Part shown: positions 29,242 to 47,814 of the stretch, piece after piece
Layout of the letters: every line of letters begins with the position of its first letter
How positions within the stretch are numbered: the stretch's first letter is position 1
NCBI GenBank assembly: GCA_951406725.2
Contig: OX597835.1
Location: 16,678,001-16,742,000 of the forward strand
DNA from: Octopus vulgaris
Lineage: Eukaryota
DNA: 64,000 bases
Direction of reading: 5' to 3'
The notes under the pieces: generated by a model
The model's database searches: none
Told to the model about the DNA's origin: nothing
Seen by the model: the letters and a program-made list of their open reading frames with translations, nothing else
Program-made: the position numbers and the translations under genes

Positions 29242-29430
29242 AACACACATATATATGTACATATGTATATGCATATGGGTTTGTATGTTTGCATTTATAT
29301 GTATATGTATGTATCTCTCTCCCTCTCTCTCTTCCTGTCTCCCTCTCTTCATCCACACACACACACATAATATGCGTATACATAACTTTCGCCTTTCCTA
29401 TCACCGTTTTGATCAACATTATTATCATCA

Positions 29431-29539
<109 letters not shown>

Positions 29540-29904
29540 CATCATTATTATTATTATTCTACCACAACGACTATTAGTGGTATCATTATAATCATTATAA
29601 ATTATCATCAACAACAACAAAAAGAATAAAAAAATGAAAAGCATCTTAGTCGTCGCCATCATCATCATCGTCGTCGTCGTCATCATCATCATCATCATCA
29701 TCCTCATTTTTCAGTTCGTGATTAGTCAGCAGTTTATTCTTTTCTTTTCTTTTTTTTTAAACGTCATGTGACAGTAGCAAATATCTCGAAAACTCAGGAC
29801 TTTCCCTGGAAACGAACCTCGTTCAATGGTCAACTGACCGCACCAATTAAGCCACCAGTGGACACGCGTGTTGATCACTTTCTCAACGTGCAAGTGAAGT
29901 GCAT

Positions 29905-29922
29905 CTATACCCTACACTGCAA
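29905..29922 (-). CDS. Candidate terminal coding exon (LQCRV*)
   Basis: Branch-point-like ccttaac, pyrimidine tract and cttgcAG. Phase 0 matches the 33503 donor. TAG at 29905-29907, followed by unique sequence that could be 3'UTR. Confidence 0.4.
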   Translation of the reverse strand: MQCRV

Positions 29923-30069
29923 CTGCAAGAGTGGAGGGGGGAGGTGCAGTTAAGGTGCATTTTATTACTGACTAAACACTTGATAGGCTGCAGCTGACCT
30001 CATACCAATGCCTCTACTGTCCACTCCAAAATATCCCTACCGTCCACTTCACGCCCGTATTTTTTTTTT

Positions 30070-30198
30070 TTTACTTGTTTCAGTCATTTGACTGCGGCCA
30101 TGCTGGAGCACCGCCTTTAGTCGAGCAAATCGACCCCGGACTTACTCTTTGTAAGCCCAGTACTTATTCTATCGGTCTCTTTTGCCGAACCGCTAAGT
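30070..30198 (-). mobile_element. SINE family B 3' fragment
   Basis: ttgtttcagtcatttgactgcggccatgctggagcaccgcc. Confidence 0.8.
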
Positions 30199-30384
30199 GT
30201 TCACTTTATTATTATATCTTTACTGTCCACACCATAATATCTGTACTGACCGCAACATAATATTTGGCCATCCACAATATTGTGTCGCTATTGTACCCGG
30301 CATATTTATTATTTTGTTTTTTTTAACTGTGTAATTTGGGTGATGATGATGATGCTTCCTTCATCATCGTCATCATCGTCATCA

Positions 30385-30800
30385 TCATCCACTTCATAAT
30401 GTCTCAATGTCTCTACTGTCCACTTTCTTATATCTGTACTGCCCACTCCATAATTCCTGTACCGTTCACTTTATAATGTTTATACTGTTCCCTTTATATC
30501 TCTACTGTCTACTGTATTATTCTTCTACTGTCCACTTCCCAATGTCTCTGTTGTCCACATAATGTCTGTACTGCTCATTCATTATGTCTCTACTGTCCAC
30601 TTTATTACGTGTGTACTGTCCATACTATAATGTCTGTACTGTTCATTTTCTTAAGTCTCAAATTTTCCCGTCTTGTGTCTCAACTGTCCACTACATTATG
30701 CCTGTACTGTCCACTCCATAACATCTTTTCTGTCCACGCAGAAACCCATGTTTATAGGGTTTCTACTGTCCAGTCCGTGACGTCGTTTTTGTCCACATCA
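30385..30800. repeat. Degenerate ~23-bp minisatellite (atgtctctactgtccacttcata)
   Basis: The actgtccac motif recurs at short regular spacing. Confidence 0.6.
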
Positions 30801-31297
30801 TTCTCAAGAGTGACGTCGTTAAAAGTAATCCAAGGCTGTCACGCCGTGGGAGCTTTGGTCATTCGTTGGCACTGTAAAATTAATACTTAGAATACTTATA
30901 AACTGGTCAGTTTGCCACTAACTAGTAAGAACTAGTACTAACTAGTACTAACCAATAAAGGAGAACAGGGTAGGGAGGGAACGTGTGTGTTCGTGATATG
31001 TTAGAAGGGAGGGGTTGATGCGATGTTGAGAAAGAAAAAAGTGAGTAAGAATTGCAGAGACACATACGAAGACGTGGATACGTATATTCAAATGGACATA
31101 GACACACACATACATTCAGCCACTCATATACATATAATTATACATACTCATACATGTAAACAAATACTGTTTTTCCCTCTCTCTCACACACACACAGTGA
31201 CAACCACACTCAATCACACACACATACACATACATACACATATTTATGTATCTGCTTTGCAAGATTCTTAATGTGAAATCGTGAGTTGAAGCAGATG

Positions 31298-31613
31298 TTG
31301 TTATATTTATGGATGGTCATTTTCTCTTTGTTTTTGTTTTGCTGTGCGAATAAACACACGCTCTGTTTATTTGATCTTCACTTCAGTTTCATTATCAGAG
31401 TTCTTTCGCCACACATTCTGTGATCTCCTCTCTTGTCTCAAAACCAGAGGGGAGTCGGGACACGAGGAACAGAAAGTCATTGAAGAGGTCATAGGATGTT
31501 GTGACGAAGGAGCTATGATAATAACGTTAGAGTGAAGATCAAATAAACATACCACGAATTTATTAACAAAAAAAAAAAAAGGAAAAAGAAAATGACCATC
31601 CTCAATATAACAA
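31298..31613. mobile_element. Inverted pair of Penelope-like terminal fragments, each with a decayed hammerhead
   Basis: Perfect 19-bp inverted repeat 31364-31382 / 31531-31549, plus ggatggtcattttc / gaaaatgaccatcc further out. Hammerhead-like motif at 31476-31519 (+) and a partial one on - near 31394-31430. Confidence 0.5.
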
Positions 31614-31778
31614 TATATATACATATATTCTGTAAATAATAATAATCATAAGTTTAAAGCTTATAAACGACCACCGAGTATTGACTAAAGACAATCGTCT
31701 AATATTGGGACATGTAAGCCCTCAACCGAACAAAGTGGGTGTTAGTATGCATGGGAATCGATTAAAAGCTTTAAGCGT

Positions 31779-32192
31779 CTACTCTTTACTCTTTACTCTT
31801 TTACTTGTTTCAGTCATTTGACTGCGGCCATGCTGGAGCACCGCCTTTAGTCGAGCAAATCGACCCCGGGACTTATTCTTTGTAAGCCCAGTACTTATTC
31901 TATCGGTCTCTTTTGCCGAACCGCTAGATGACGGGGACGTAAACACACCAGCATCGGTTGTCAAGCAATGATAGAGGGACAAACACAGACACACAAACAT
32001 ATACATACACACATATATATACATATATACGATAGGCTTCTTTCAGTTTCCGTCTACCAAATCCACTCACAAGGCATTGGTCGGCCCGAGGCTATAGCAG
32101 AAGACACTTGCCCAAGATGCCACGCAGTGGGACTGAACCCAGAACCATGCGGTTGGTAGGCAAGCTACTTACCACACAGCCACTCCTACGCC
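31779..32192 (-). mobile_element. SINE family B, full length
   Basis: Reverse complement of 15124-15540. Confidence 0.85.
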
Positions 32193-32212
32193 GTATAATA
32201 ATAATAATACAT

Positions 32213-32342
32213 TTTTATATTTAAGAGATGAGGAATTATGTACATTGTTTACATTTGACGGATATTTGTCCTCATCTTGTTTGTTGTTAACACAATGTTT
32301 CGGCTGATATACCCTCCAGCCTTCATCAAATGCCTTGGGGAA
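32213..32342 (-). mobile_element. Hammerhead-bearing short dispersed repeat, copy 2 (decayed core)
   Basis: Same sequence as copy 1. Core is UUGAUGA and stem III is ACAU instead of ACGU (motif at 32289-32334). Confidence 0.65.
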
Positions 32343-32407
32343 GTATAGTTGGTATACGCTACAAGATCCGGGAAAGCGGCCTTATGAGAATATAGCTCGA
32401 GAAAGAC

Positions 32408-32460
<53 letters not shown>

Positions 32461-32820
32461 CAATAATAATAAAGGATAAAAATTAATTAATCAATCAATT
32501 AATAATTAATAATTTTACCAAGTAGTTCGGTATGTTAAAATAACCATTATGGATAACTTTATATAAAAAATTCTATAATTATAAGCATAATCCAGGTGGA
32601 TTCGTTATTTTTTCTCTTTACCTGCGTGAGTTGAGAGTATTACTGTCTGGGAAATATCTTATGGTAGTGGAATGGTATTTAACTGCTATTTCTAAATTTC
32701 GGTATGTGGTGAAGCAAATTTTGCTGAACCATAATTATAGAATTTTTTGCATATATATATATATTTTTCTAGTTTCAGCTCAGAGCTGCGGTCATGCTGA
32801 TGCTCCGCCGTTTTGGTGGA

Positions 32821-32963
32821 AGAGTACAGCAGGGATCACCACCCCCTGCCGGAGCCTCGTGGAGCTTTTAGGTGTTTTTGCTCAATAAACACTCACAAGG
32901 CTCGGTCTGGGAATCGAAACCGCGATCCTACGACCGCGAGTCCGCTGCCCTAACCACTGGGCC
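32821..32963 (-). mobile_element. SINE family C 5' part
   Basis: Reverse complement of about 12890-13035. Confidence 0.8.
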
Positions 32964-32964
32964 A

Positions 32965-33070
<106 letters not shown>

Positions 33071-33502
33071 TCTTATACTAGTTTCAGCTATGCGGCTGTG
33101 GCCATGCTGAAGCAGCGCATATATATATATATATATATGTACACATCCATACATAATTACTAATACTTACACGCACACAGGCAGACACATATGTACATAC
33201 TGACAACCACACATACACACAAGCACACACACACACACATTCGCTCACACACACAAGCACAAACACACACATTCGCATATACACACATACACACACAGTT
33301 ACCCACACAAAAGGCAAATTATAACGAAGAAACAAAAAGAACAAAAACGAGCACGAAGACAACACTAAAACTAAAGGAGAAAAGAAAGAAAGAAAGAAGC
33401 ATGTTAGTAGAGAGAGAGAGAGAGAAGTAGGGAAGTGGGAGGAGAGAAAGAGGAAGAGAAGTAGTAGTAGTAGGAGGAGGAAAATGCTGTTGCTGTTCTC
33501 AC

Positions 33503-33783
33503 TGTATCGTCTCCGGGTAGAATAGTGGTGGTGGAAGAGGTGGTGGTGGACTTGTGGGGCATGGCACTGCCAGCGATGGAAGCAGCGTCCATTGTTACGG
33601 CTTCGGCCCCTAATTCCATGTCGGAAACTACAGAGCTGTCGGGGGTGACTGGCTCCGGAATCCTAGTGTCTATCCTCTTCCAGTCCAGTTCACGAGACAC
33701 GTAAATCGGCTTTCTGGGGACGGGAGGGGGTTGAGGGATTACGGAAGCCGTGGATATCCGGGAGTCTTTCAACTTTTTTTCCG
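33503..33783 (-). CDS. Coding exon, Pro/Ser/Thr-rich cytoplasmic tail ([50 protein letters not shown]...LPGDDT)
   Basis: GC-richer non-repetitive island. Acceptor ttctttgtttcAG, donor ACA|GTGAGA, 281 nt. Only one frame is open (phase 1 in / 0 out). Confidence 0.8.
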
Positions 33784-33854
33784 CTGAAACAAAGAAGCGA
33801 GCATAGAAACAAACAAAAATAAAGCGTTTAAATTTTCTTTTGCTTTGGCACCAA

Positions 33855-34312
<458 letters not shown>

Positions 34313-34657
34313 CAAATACATATAGTTGGTGAAAATAAAAATTAAAAGAAAAATATAGAGAAACAAAAATTTGAAATAAACAAATAAATTCAAACAAAAA
34401 TGAAGAAAATGCAAACAAAAAAAAAAAACAGAAAAGAAAAACCAGAAAATTACAAAAAACAAAAATGAGACAAACATGCATCAACAAAGAGAAAGAAAGA
34501 CAGAGAGAGAAAGAGAGAGAGAGAGAAAGAGAGAGAGAGGAAGAGAGAGTGAGAGAGAAAGAGAGATGGAGAGAAAGAGTGGACAAGTACACAGACAAAC
34601 AGACGGACACAGCGAAACAGCAGTGTATGGCGGAGAAGTTCACTGTTTACTACTTAC

Positions 34658-34699
34658 CAATGTGAAACATGTGGTACATGGAGAGGTGTCACATGGAAA
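34658..34699 (-). CDS. Candidate alternative exon: internal start (MYHMFHI, ATG at 34679) or stop-containing cassette
   Basis: Acceptor ttctttgtAG, donor TTG|GTAAGT. ATG-to-donor is 22 nt, phase 1, in frame with exon 33503-33783. An in-frame TGA lies upstream of that ATG within the exon. Confidence 0.4.
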
Positions 34700-35444
34700 C
34701 TACAAAGAAGGCTTATTTGACCACATGAAATTTCTTTATGTTATCTCTTCGTACTATATAACACCCTTCCTTTTCTCATTTGATAAACTATGCATTTCAC
34801 TAAATCATTAAATATTTCCCCGACACATTTACTTCTCTGCATAACACATACTAAAATTTAAGCTATGAATTTTTGTGAAGTATGACCAAGTTGAATATAT
34901 ATCTGCTACATAACAGAAAACATCCTGCGGTATCGTCTGCCGTTAAATTAACGCTAAGATCCTATCGCAACACTGGAACGAAGCTAAAGAAAATAAACAT
35001 ATTTCGCTTTGATAGCATTAAAACCGCATGACCTGAACTCATGTCATTGCAGTCTAACACAAAGAGGCCATTTTGAACTTCTTTTAAACTCTTCACTCTC
35101 CAATATGTCTGCTGAGGTCGACGCATCCTACAACTACGAAAGTTTAAATAACACCAAATTGAACGAGGATGTTCTTAAATACAATGTATTGAGTGCTACA
35201 TTCTTCCATTTGTTCACTCGTTCGTATTTCTCTCCTGACTATCTGTTCCTCTCCTTTGCTTTCCTCCTTTTCTTCCCCTCTGAACGTTCTTCTACGATCT
35301 GAAGAAGAGCAAAACTAGAAACGTCATATTTTTATTCGTACGTTTAGTTTTCCTTCTAAAACTTTCAGCGAGCGTCAAATTAATGATATTTACTCTTTTT
35401 ACTTTTGTCGTTTTGGTTCTATTTTTGGCTTCGCCGTTCGTCAC

Positions 35445-35552
<108 letters not shown>

Positions 35553-35814
35553 TTACCTATCGATCGATCGATCGATCCGTCTGTCTATCTGTCTCTCCAT
35601 CTATGTATGTATTTATGTATGTATGTATGTATGTATGTATGTATGTATGTATCAATCTATCTATCTATCTATCGATCGATCGAGCTGTCTGTCTATCTGT
35701 CTCTCCATGTATGTATGTATGTATGTATGTATGTATGTATGTATGTATGTATGTATGTATGTATCTTTCGATCGATCGATCTGTCTGTCTGTCTCTCTGT
35801 CTATCTCTCTCTCC

Positions 35815-35897
<83 letters not shown>

Positions 35898-35937
35898 CAT
35901 CTATCTATTTGTCTGTCTGTCTGTCTGCCTACCCGCC

Positions 35938-35985
<48 letters not shown>

Positions 35986-36571
35986 AGTCTGTCTATCTGT
36001 CTGCCTGTTTGACTGTCAATTTATCTCTCCATCTGTCTATCTCATCTAATCTATATCTGTACACTCCGAAGTATCGCGATACTTTCAACTCTCTCCATAC
36101 AACGCAATACATGATTATACTATGGACAATAGGATAAAACTGTGAGTCAAACGATATTCTGAGATATTTTATGATATTGCCACCATCCAATATAACAGGT
36201 CTCCGATTTAAAGCTGTTTGATAAAGTGGGATTAATTTAGCTTTGCAAAATATCTTTGAATCATTAATATTTCTGTATTACATAGATAGATTTAGCACAG
36301 CAATATACCTGATAAGAATATCTTCCCGAGGGAATTTATTAAAATCTTATGATTGTGGTTCTGATAAATTTACTCAAGAAGATATTTTATTAGGCATATG
36401 CTGTACGAAATCAATCCCTATGTCCCTCTCTTTCTCTCTCCCTCCCTCCCTCCTTCCTTCCCTCCCTCCCTTCCCTCCCTCCCTCCATCCATCCATCCAT
36501 CCATCCATCCATCCATCCATTTGTCCATCCATCTATCTCTCTCTCTCTCTATCTATTTATTTATCTGTCTG

Positions 36572-36671
<100 letters not shown>

Positions 36672-36730
36672 AGTGACTAACTATGCATATATGTATCTAT
36701 CTGTCTATATATGTATGTATGTATATATCT

Positions 36731-36761
<31 letters not shown>

Positions 36762-36910
36762 TATATATGTATCTGTCTATCTGCATGTAACTATCACTCT
36801 AACTTTCTCTGTTCATGTATGAATGTATGTATGTATGTATGTATGTATGTATGTATGTATGTATGTATGTATGTATGTATGTATGTATCTATCTATTTAT
36901 CTATCTATCC

Positions 36911-36969
<59 letters not shown>

Positions 36970-37139
36970 AATTTATCGATCTCTCCCCCCCTCTCTGCTT
37001 GGTCGCATGCTAATGACAAACAAAAAGAAAAGATAAAACACAAAATATAAAAATAAAAACCCTCGCGTGTCTATAATATATTTATCCCTGTAAATATTTC
37101 GATTAAGTTACAGGCGTACTAACCCCTTAATATCTTTTC

Positions 37140-37354
37140 ATTTTTCTAGTTTCTTAACTGCTCTCAACCACAGGGCCTTGACACAGCTACAAACTGGTTA
37201 CCTCACAAAATATTTTATCGTATATTATACTTCTAAACTAGCATTTAATTTTTCTAGTTTCTTAACTGCTCTCAACCACAGGGCCTTGACACAGCTACAA
37301 ACTGGTTACCTCACAAAATATTTTATCGTATATTAAACTTCTAAACTAGCATTT
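37140..37354. repeat. Tandem duplication of a ~108-bp unit
   Basis: ttttctagtttcttaactgctctcaaccacagggcc...aaactagcattt occurs twice, nearly identical. Confidence 0.9.
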
Positions 37355-38096
37355 CATATTTCTTTCTATAACTGCTAATCTCTTGTCGAGTGTTGATAAA
37401 TTACAAACAGGTTAAACCACAAAACTTCTAGTTATATTTGTCTAACCGATTCTTTGAAACAAGTTAAAGATAAAAAGGTTTCACAATTTACAGCGACTGG
37501 TTTTTAGATTTGATTTTAGGTATTTCTATAGGCTAAGGGATAAATTGAAAGGTGGAATAAATTTGGGTAAACAGAACAACGGGAGTGAAAGAGGGGGCTA
37601 ACTGGACAGAATAAAACGATGGTAAAATGGCGAATGAAAATAGGAGAAATTAAGATGGGATAAAATGAAAGAGATAAAACAAGTAAAAAAAAGACACCGA
37701 GTGACTAATGACTAATGACTAACGAGATACAAGGATTGGAAGATGTGATAACAATCAGGAAAGAATAAAAGTAAGAATAATTAGAGAGTTAATTTAAAAA
37801 AACAGAGGTGAAACTTGAGTTAGGGTGTATGATAAATCCTAAATCTAACAAGGTCAGTTCAGAAAATGGTAGGAATATATAGAGAAAGGAGGAGAAAATA
37901 GTCAACGTTTACAAATTGAAGTTTTGTGGAATATTTTTCAAAGTTGTTTGTAAGGCGCTGGAACTGAAGGGTTTCAGTAAGGTTGACGGGAGAATTGGTG
38001 AGAAATATTGACGGAAGTTTCCATGTCACGATGGAAGAAATGAATGCATAAATATGGCGAGAAGTGTTTGATCCATATATATATATATATGTATGT

Positions 38097-38165
<69 letters not shown>

Positions 38166-38237
38166 AAGAGATAGAAAATAAGTAGATTAGTATATTTGGT
38201 AACAGCATTAGTATCTTTAGAGAACAGTATATTTTAC

Positions 38238-38276
<39 letters not shown>

Positions 38277-38308
38277 TGTGCTTATATATTGTATATATAT
38301 ATGCACGC

Positions 38309-38352
<44 letters not shown>

Positions 38353-38421
38353 ATACATATATACATAAATACATACATTAGATCATTTTATGCGCAACTC
38401 CATTGTCTCCCGAGACAAAAA

Positions 38422-38490
<69 letters not shown>

Positions 38491-38999
38491 TCGCCATACT
38501 AATATGGCAGTCTATAAATAAGACTAAAGCTGTCGCTGATTAGCTCCAAGAGGCCACCGCCTCTAGCTAGCTATATGACATATTAGTATGGCGATAACTA
38601 TTAATATCCAGTAACGCTGCCGTAATTTCCTTTAGAGAGACTTAGTAATTTTGATATTTCTATTATATATATATATATGTATATCATTTAATACAAGCAC
38701 TCACACACAGCACACACATACACGCATACACTGCACACACATGCATTTTCCTTTGAAAACAACAAAAAAAAATTACTCAGTGTCTGTTGTAAAGATAATA
38801 TCTATTTGGGATTCGAATATTCACTCCGAAGCTGCTCAGAGCATCACGTATTTGTTGAGGGGAAATTCACTTTTTCAGGCAATATTTGATAAACGAAGCA
38901 GTGTATTAGTAGAACAGCGTCAAAGTAGACTTTCATTGGTTGACATAGATCCCGTGATCAAATAAGCTGTGGGCCAGAAAGAACGTCGTTGCTTGCTCA

Positions 39000-39391
39000 T
39001 CATTCATCATCATTGTTCGACCGTGGTCGAGACAATGGAATTTACCATGCTACGCCAGACTTCACGGTCCATCATGGCATTACGGAGGTCCTGTTGCTGG
39101 ATGCCTGTATCCCTGGAGATTACATCAGGAGTAGGAGAGTGTGAGCCCTCTGGTATTGCGAGCAGATGGCTTCCAGAGGAGAAGAGTAGAAATTACTTCT
39201 TTTTCAGCTCTACAACAATGTCCAGCAAACTGGACTCTCCTACCTTTCACAAGAGATGACACAGGTGGTAGTTTCCCATATATTTGCATTTTGGTTGGAT
39301 GGCGCTTCCACGAGAGATTTTGAGCTCTCATAAGGAGGCGAGTGTAGGTTCCATCCAACCGCCTCTCAAGCTTCTTTGATAACGTCCAGGT
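39000..39391 (-). mobile_element. 5'-truncated RTE-clade LINE 3' end
   Basis: TWTLSKKLERRLDGTYTRLLMRAQNLSWKRH...RRVQFAGHCCR...(frameshift)PDVISRDTG...AMMDREVWRSMV...*, followed by an (ATG)n-like tail. Confidence 0.85.
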
Positions 39392-40224
39392 TGCTTGCTA
39401 GACAACTGCAGTGAAAGGGAAAACACCCGGCATTGACCTGTGAAGTTCAAGGGGCAGTTTACTCAGTAGAGCTTATCACGTCAGTATGTTGTGAATATCT
39501 GATTCAGCGGTATTGCTGGGTGTTTTGATATGTGGAACATTTCAGTTAGGAATAAACTGCAGCATCAGAGAGACGTGACTTTGTCAACGATATTCCATAT
39601 TATTGAGATACGCTGCCTCCTTGAAATTTCCAAACGAACTGAGTTGAGACATTTTATTTTCCCTGTCGCTTGATCTGAATAAATATCGATAATAACAGCT
39701 TTTAAAGGAATACGAGAGAACCATATAATTCCTTTCCTCTCCGTACTGTCAGTTGTTGTGATAGGTGCTCTGTGTAGCACTGCTCTGAGGAAGTAAAAAC
39801 CTCTAGCGGAGAAGGCTACGAGACTTTGCGCACGTTTTCGATTGTGAGTAACAATGGCGGTTATTTTCATCAAAATTTACCCGAAGTGCTTCTACGCGTT
39901 CAGGAAAACTGACCTGCAGCATAGCGAATCAAAGTCCGTCAAGCAATGCGTATGACGGCCATGCGACAACTTCAAGCGATAGACAATAGATGACCTTCAA
40001 AGGACACTTCAAGTCCAGTATTGTTATAATGCTATGCACAGGGCGTTTTTCACGTCAAAACATCAGCTATTTCGACAATTTATTACGGAAAAGGAATTTA
40101 AATAAATTGCTAATGCAAATCCGCAATGTATGTCTTTATTCATTTATCTTGTAAAGATTTGTAGAACATTCTCCCTCCCTTCCTTCCTTCCTTCCTCTCC
40201 TCTCTCTCTTCGTCTCTGTCTCTT

Positions 40225-40300
<76 letters not shown>

Positions 40301-40424
40301 CACATATATATATATACATACATATGTATACGTATATATACTTACATACACACGCGCACATATACATACATATATGTATACGTATATATACTTATACACA
40401 TCATATATATCATATATGTATATG

Positions 40425-40459
<35 letters not shown>

Positions 40460-40536
40460 ATCTATATATATATATACATATATACGTATACATACATGTA
40501 TGTGTGTATTTATTTATATATGTGTGTATATATATG

Positions 40537-40584
<48 letters not shown>

Positions 40585-40594
40585 TGTATATATG

Positions 40595-40653
<59 letters not shown>

Positions 40654-41139
40654 GTGTCCTGTACTCATATATGCGTGTATATATACAAGTAGAGGTAGGT
40701 ACGTACATATATGTATATATATATATGCATATGTTTTATTTATTGATATATTATATATATATATGTATTATATATATTTGTTATGGGTTGGGCTGGGGTA
40801 TGTACGTATCCATAATTACATATTAATTTAGTAAAGTGAATCTGCGAAACGTTTGCCCAGTTATTCCTCCCAGTTTCGCTAAACCCCTTGGAGTAGGGGT
40901 GGGCGAACGGGTGGGCTGGAGATTACGAGCTTGATGAAGATAGCGTTATAAAAGATGAGAGAAAGTCTACGGAGGAAAGGATGCGGAGCATAGTAGTTGT
41001 GACGGAGTTGATGGCTTAGAAGGCACGATGGTTAAACCGGTGCAGATTAAAGCAGTTAATCCAAGTTTCTTATTCCTTTGTTTAACAATTGGTAATGGAG
41101 TGATGGCATTGAAGAAAACTTGGGTGCAGTTTATCTACA

Positions 41140-45240
<4,101 letters not shown>

Positions 45241-45328
45241 TGTTTTTCGATTATTTAATGGTAATTCAATGCTTTATAAGATCGAGGTTAAAAGCTTTCA
45301 ATATTTCGGCAACCCACTGATTAGCTGT

Positions 45329-45450
<122 letters not shown>

Positions 45451-45933
45451 GTATATATGTAGTTATGTACATATGTATGTGTATACATATTTATACAGAT
45501 GTATGTATGAATATAGGTATGAGTATTATATGTTTATGTGTGTGTTTATGTGTAATATATATATTTTCATAGGTATATATATACATATATACATACACAC
45601 ACACACACATATATATATGTATATATATATATGTGTATGTATTATGCATATGTATTAGGTATGTATATATGTATGTATATATATAATTATATATACATAA
45701 ATTATGCATATACACATCAATGCGTATATATATGTATTACACACATATACATACATATATGTATGTATGTATATATATATATACATATTACACACACATA
45801 TATAAACATAAATGTATATAGTATAGATTTACACATACATGTATGTTTTATATATATATATATATAATATATATATATATGCATAGTATCTAACTATCTA
45901 TCTATCTACATATAACACATATGTAAGTATATG

Positions 45934-46007
<74 letters not shown>

Positions 46008-46556
46008 CACACGCACGCACACCTAAAATACACATTATACATACATACATACATACATACATTCACCCCACCACACAAACATGTTCAATAAACATGTGTA
46101 TGTATGTATATACATATATATATACCCACACACAAACGATTACCCTCATCCCGCTGCACACTCCCCCACCCTACCATCCAATCACCCCCATCATCGAATC
46201 AGCCTCATCATCCCACGGATATTTTATTTCTTCTTCCAATGATAATGATAATCTTCTTAAAAGTGTCCAACACTTAAGCGGAGGCCATTTCAACACTATC
46301 GGATTTGATGTCACTTCAGTTACACTCGACTGTATTCCTGTCTTGCCGAATAACAAATATCTTTCTATCTCCGCCATTCATGTGACAATTCGCTTCGTAA
46401 TGGCGTACGGTGTGATTGTTATGACTTTGTAGAGGCTTTTTATTATCGCCTCATATATTCACGCTTCAATCTGATGTGCTGCTATCTCTCCATATAACTG
46501 CATCGCATCGTTAGCTTTTTTTTTTCGTTGTCTGTTTAGGATGGTACATACGTACA

Positions 46557-46614
<58 letters not shown>

Positions 46615-46632
46615 ACATATATATATATATAC

Positions 46633-46679
<47 letters not shown>

Positions 46680-46697
46680 TACATATACATATACATA

Positions 46698-46794
<97 letters not shown>

Positions 46795-46869
46795 GATGGT
46801 CCAAAGTCACGCAACGAAACATCTGACATTTTATTTATATTCCGTTAATGATTGCGTTATTATTACGAG

Positions 46870-47382
46870 CATTGGGGTCGATATATAATCGACTTGTCCC
46901 CGTCCCTGAAATTTCAAGCCTTGTACTTTTAGTAGAAAGGATAATAATAATAAAAAATGATAATAAAAATGATAAATTTTATCATTATTAAGGCGACGAG
47001 CTGGCAGAACTGTTAGCACGCAGGGCAGAATGCTTAACGGCGTTTCGTCCGACTTTACGCTCTGAGTTCAAATTCCGCCGCGGTCGACTTTGCCTTTCAT
47101 CGTTTGAGGGTCGATAGAATAAATACTGAGTAATGGGAGAATGAATACCAATAGAGTGCTGTGGTCGATGTAATCGATTACTCACTCCCGCAAATTCCAG
47201 GCCAGCAATTCCGAGGAGTGGTAAGTCGATTACATCGACCCCAGTGTTCAACTAGTTCTTATTTTATCGACCCCGAAGGATGAAAGGCAAAGTTGACCTC
47301 GACGGAATTTGAGCTCAGAACGTAAAGACAGACGAAATGCTGCTAAGCATTTTGCCTGGTGAGCTAACGATTCTGCCCGCTC
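46870..47382. mobile_element. Cluster of family A SINE copies (+ fragment, + copy, - copy)
   Basis: aggcgacgagctggcag head near 46990; inverted copy at 47195-47382. Confidence 0.8.
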
Positions 47383-47814
47383 TCGAGTATCACCTAAAAC
47401 CTTGTCTCTGGATTCCTTCAATTCGTGTCAACAACAACAGTCAGTTCCAGCTCCAATCTTTCCTTTGACCAACTCTAATTCGGTATCAAATGACGTTATG
47501 GTGTGTGTGTGGTGGTGGGGTGGTGGTGGTGAGGTTGTAAGAACGAAGTTTGATTGATTTTAAAATCCAAACATTTTTACGGCAGAACGTGAAAAAAATA
47601 ATTGCAAAATGAGAAGTGTCATCTGGGTTAAACCAATGAAGTGATACATGACAAAAAAGGACCAATCAGGGATCGGTATTTGTCTAAACCAATCAGGATA
47701 GAAATGCAGGAGTTGAACAGGGAAGACTAATTATAGTTAGAAAGGGAGGGGGACTAGCTAAGTGGGGTGGGGAAGGAAAAAAAAAACTAAAATGAGAAAT
47801 ACATGGAAATAAGC

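Noticed and set aside
31367-31512. Apparent terminal exon APSSQHPM...ETEVKIK*
   Set aside because: Its phase does not match the 33503 donor, and it lies inside an inverted repeat element.
46171-46377. ORF containing SNPI as the missing cadherin tail motif
   Set aside because: No convincing splice sites and a poor motif match.
46790-46830. TA-CAGGATGGTCCAAAGTC mariner-like TIR (and a similar end at 33840-33860)
   Set aside because: Single short ends with no partner TIR or transposase nearby.
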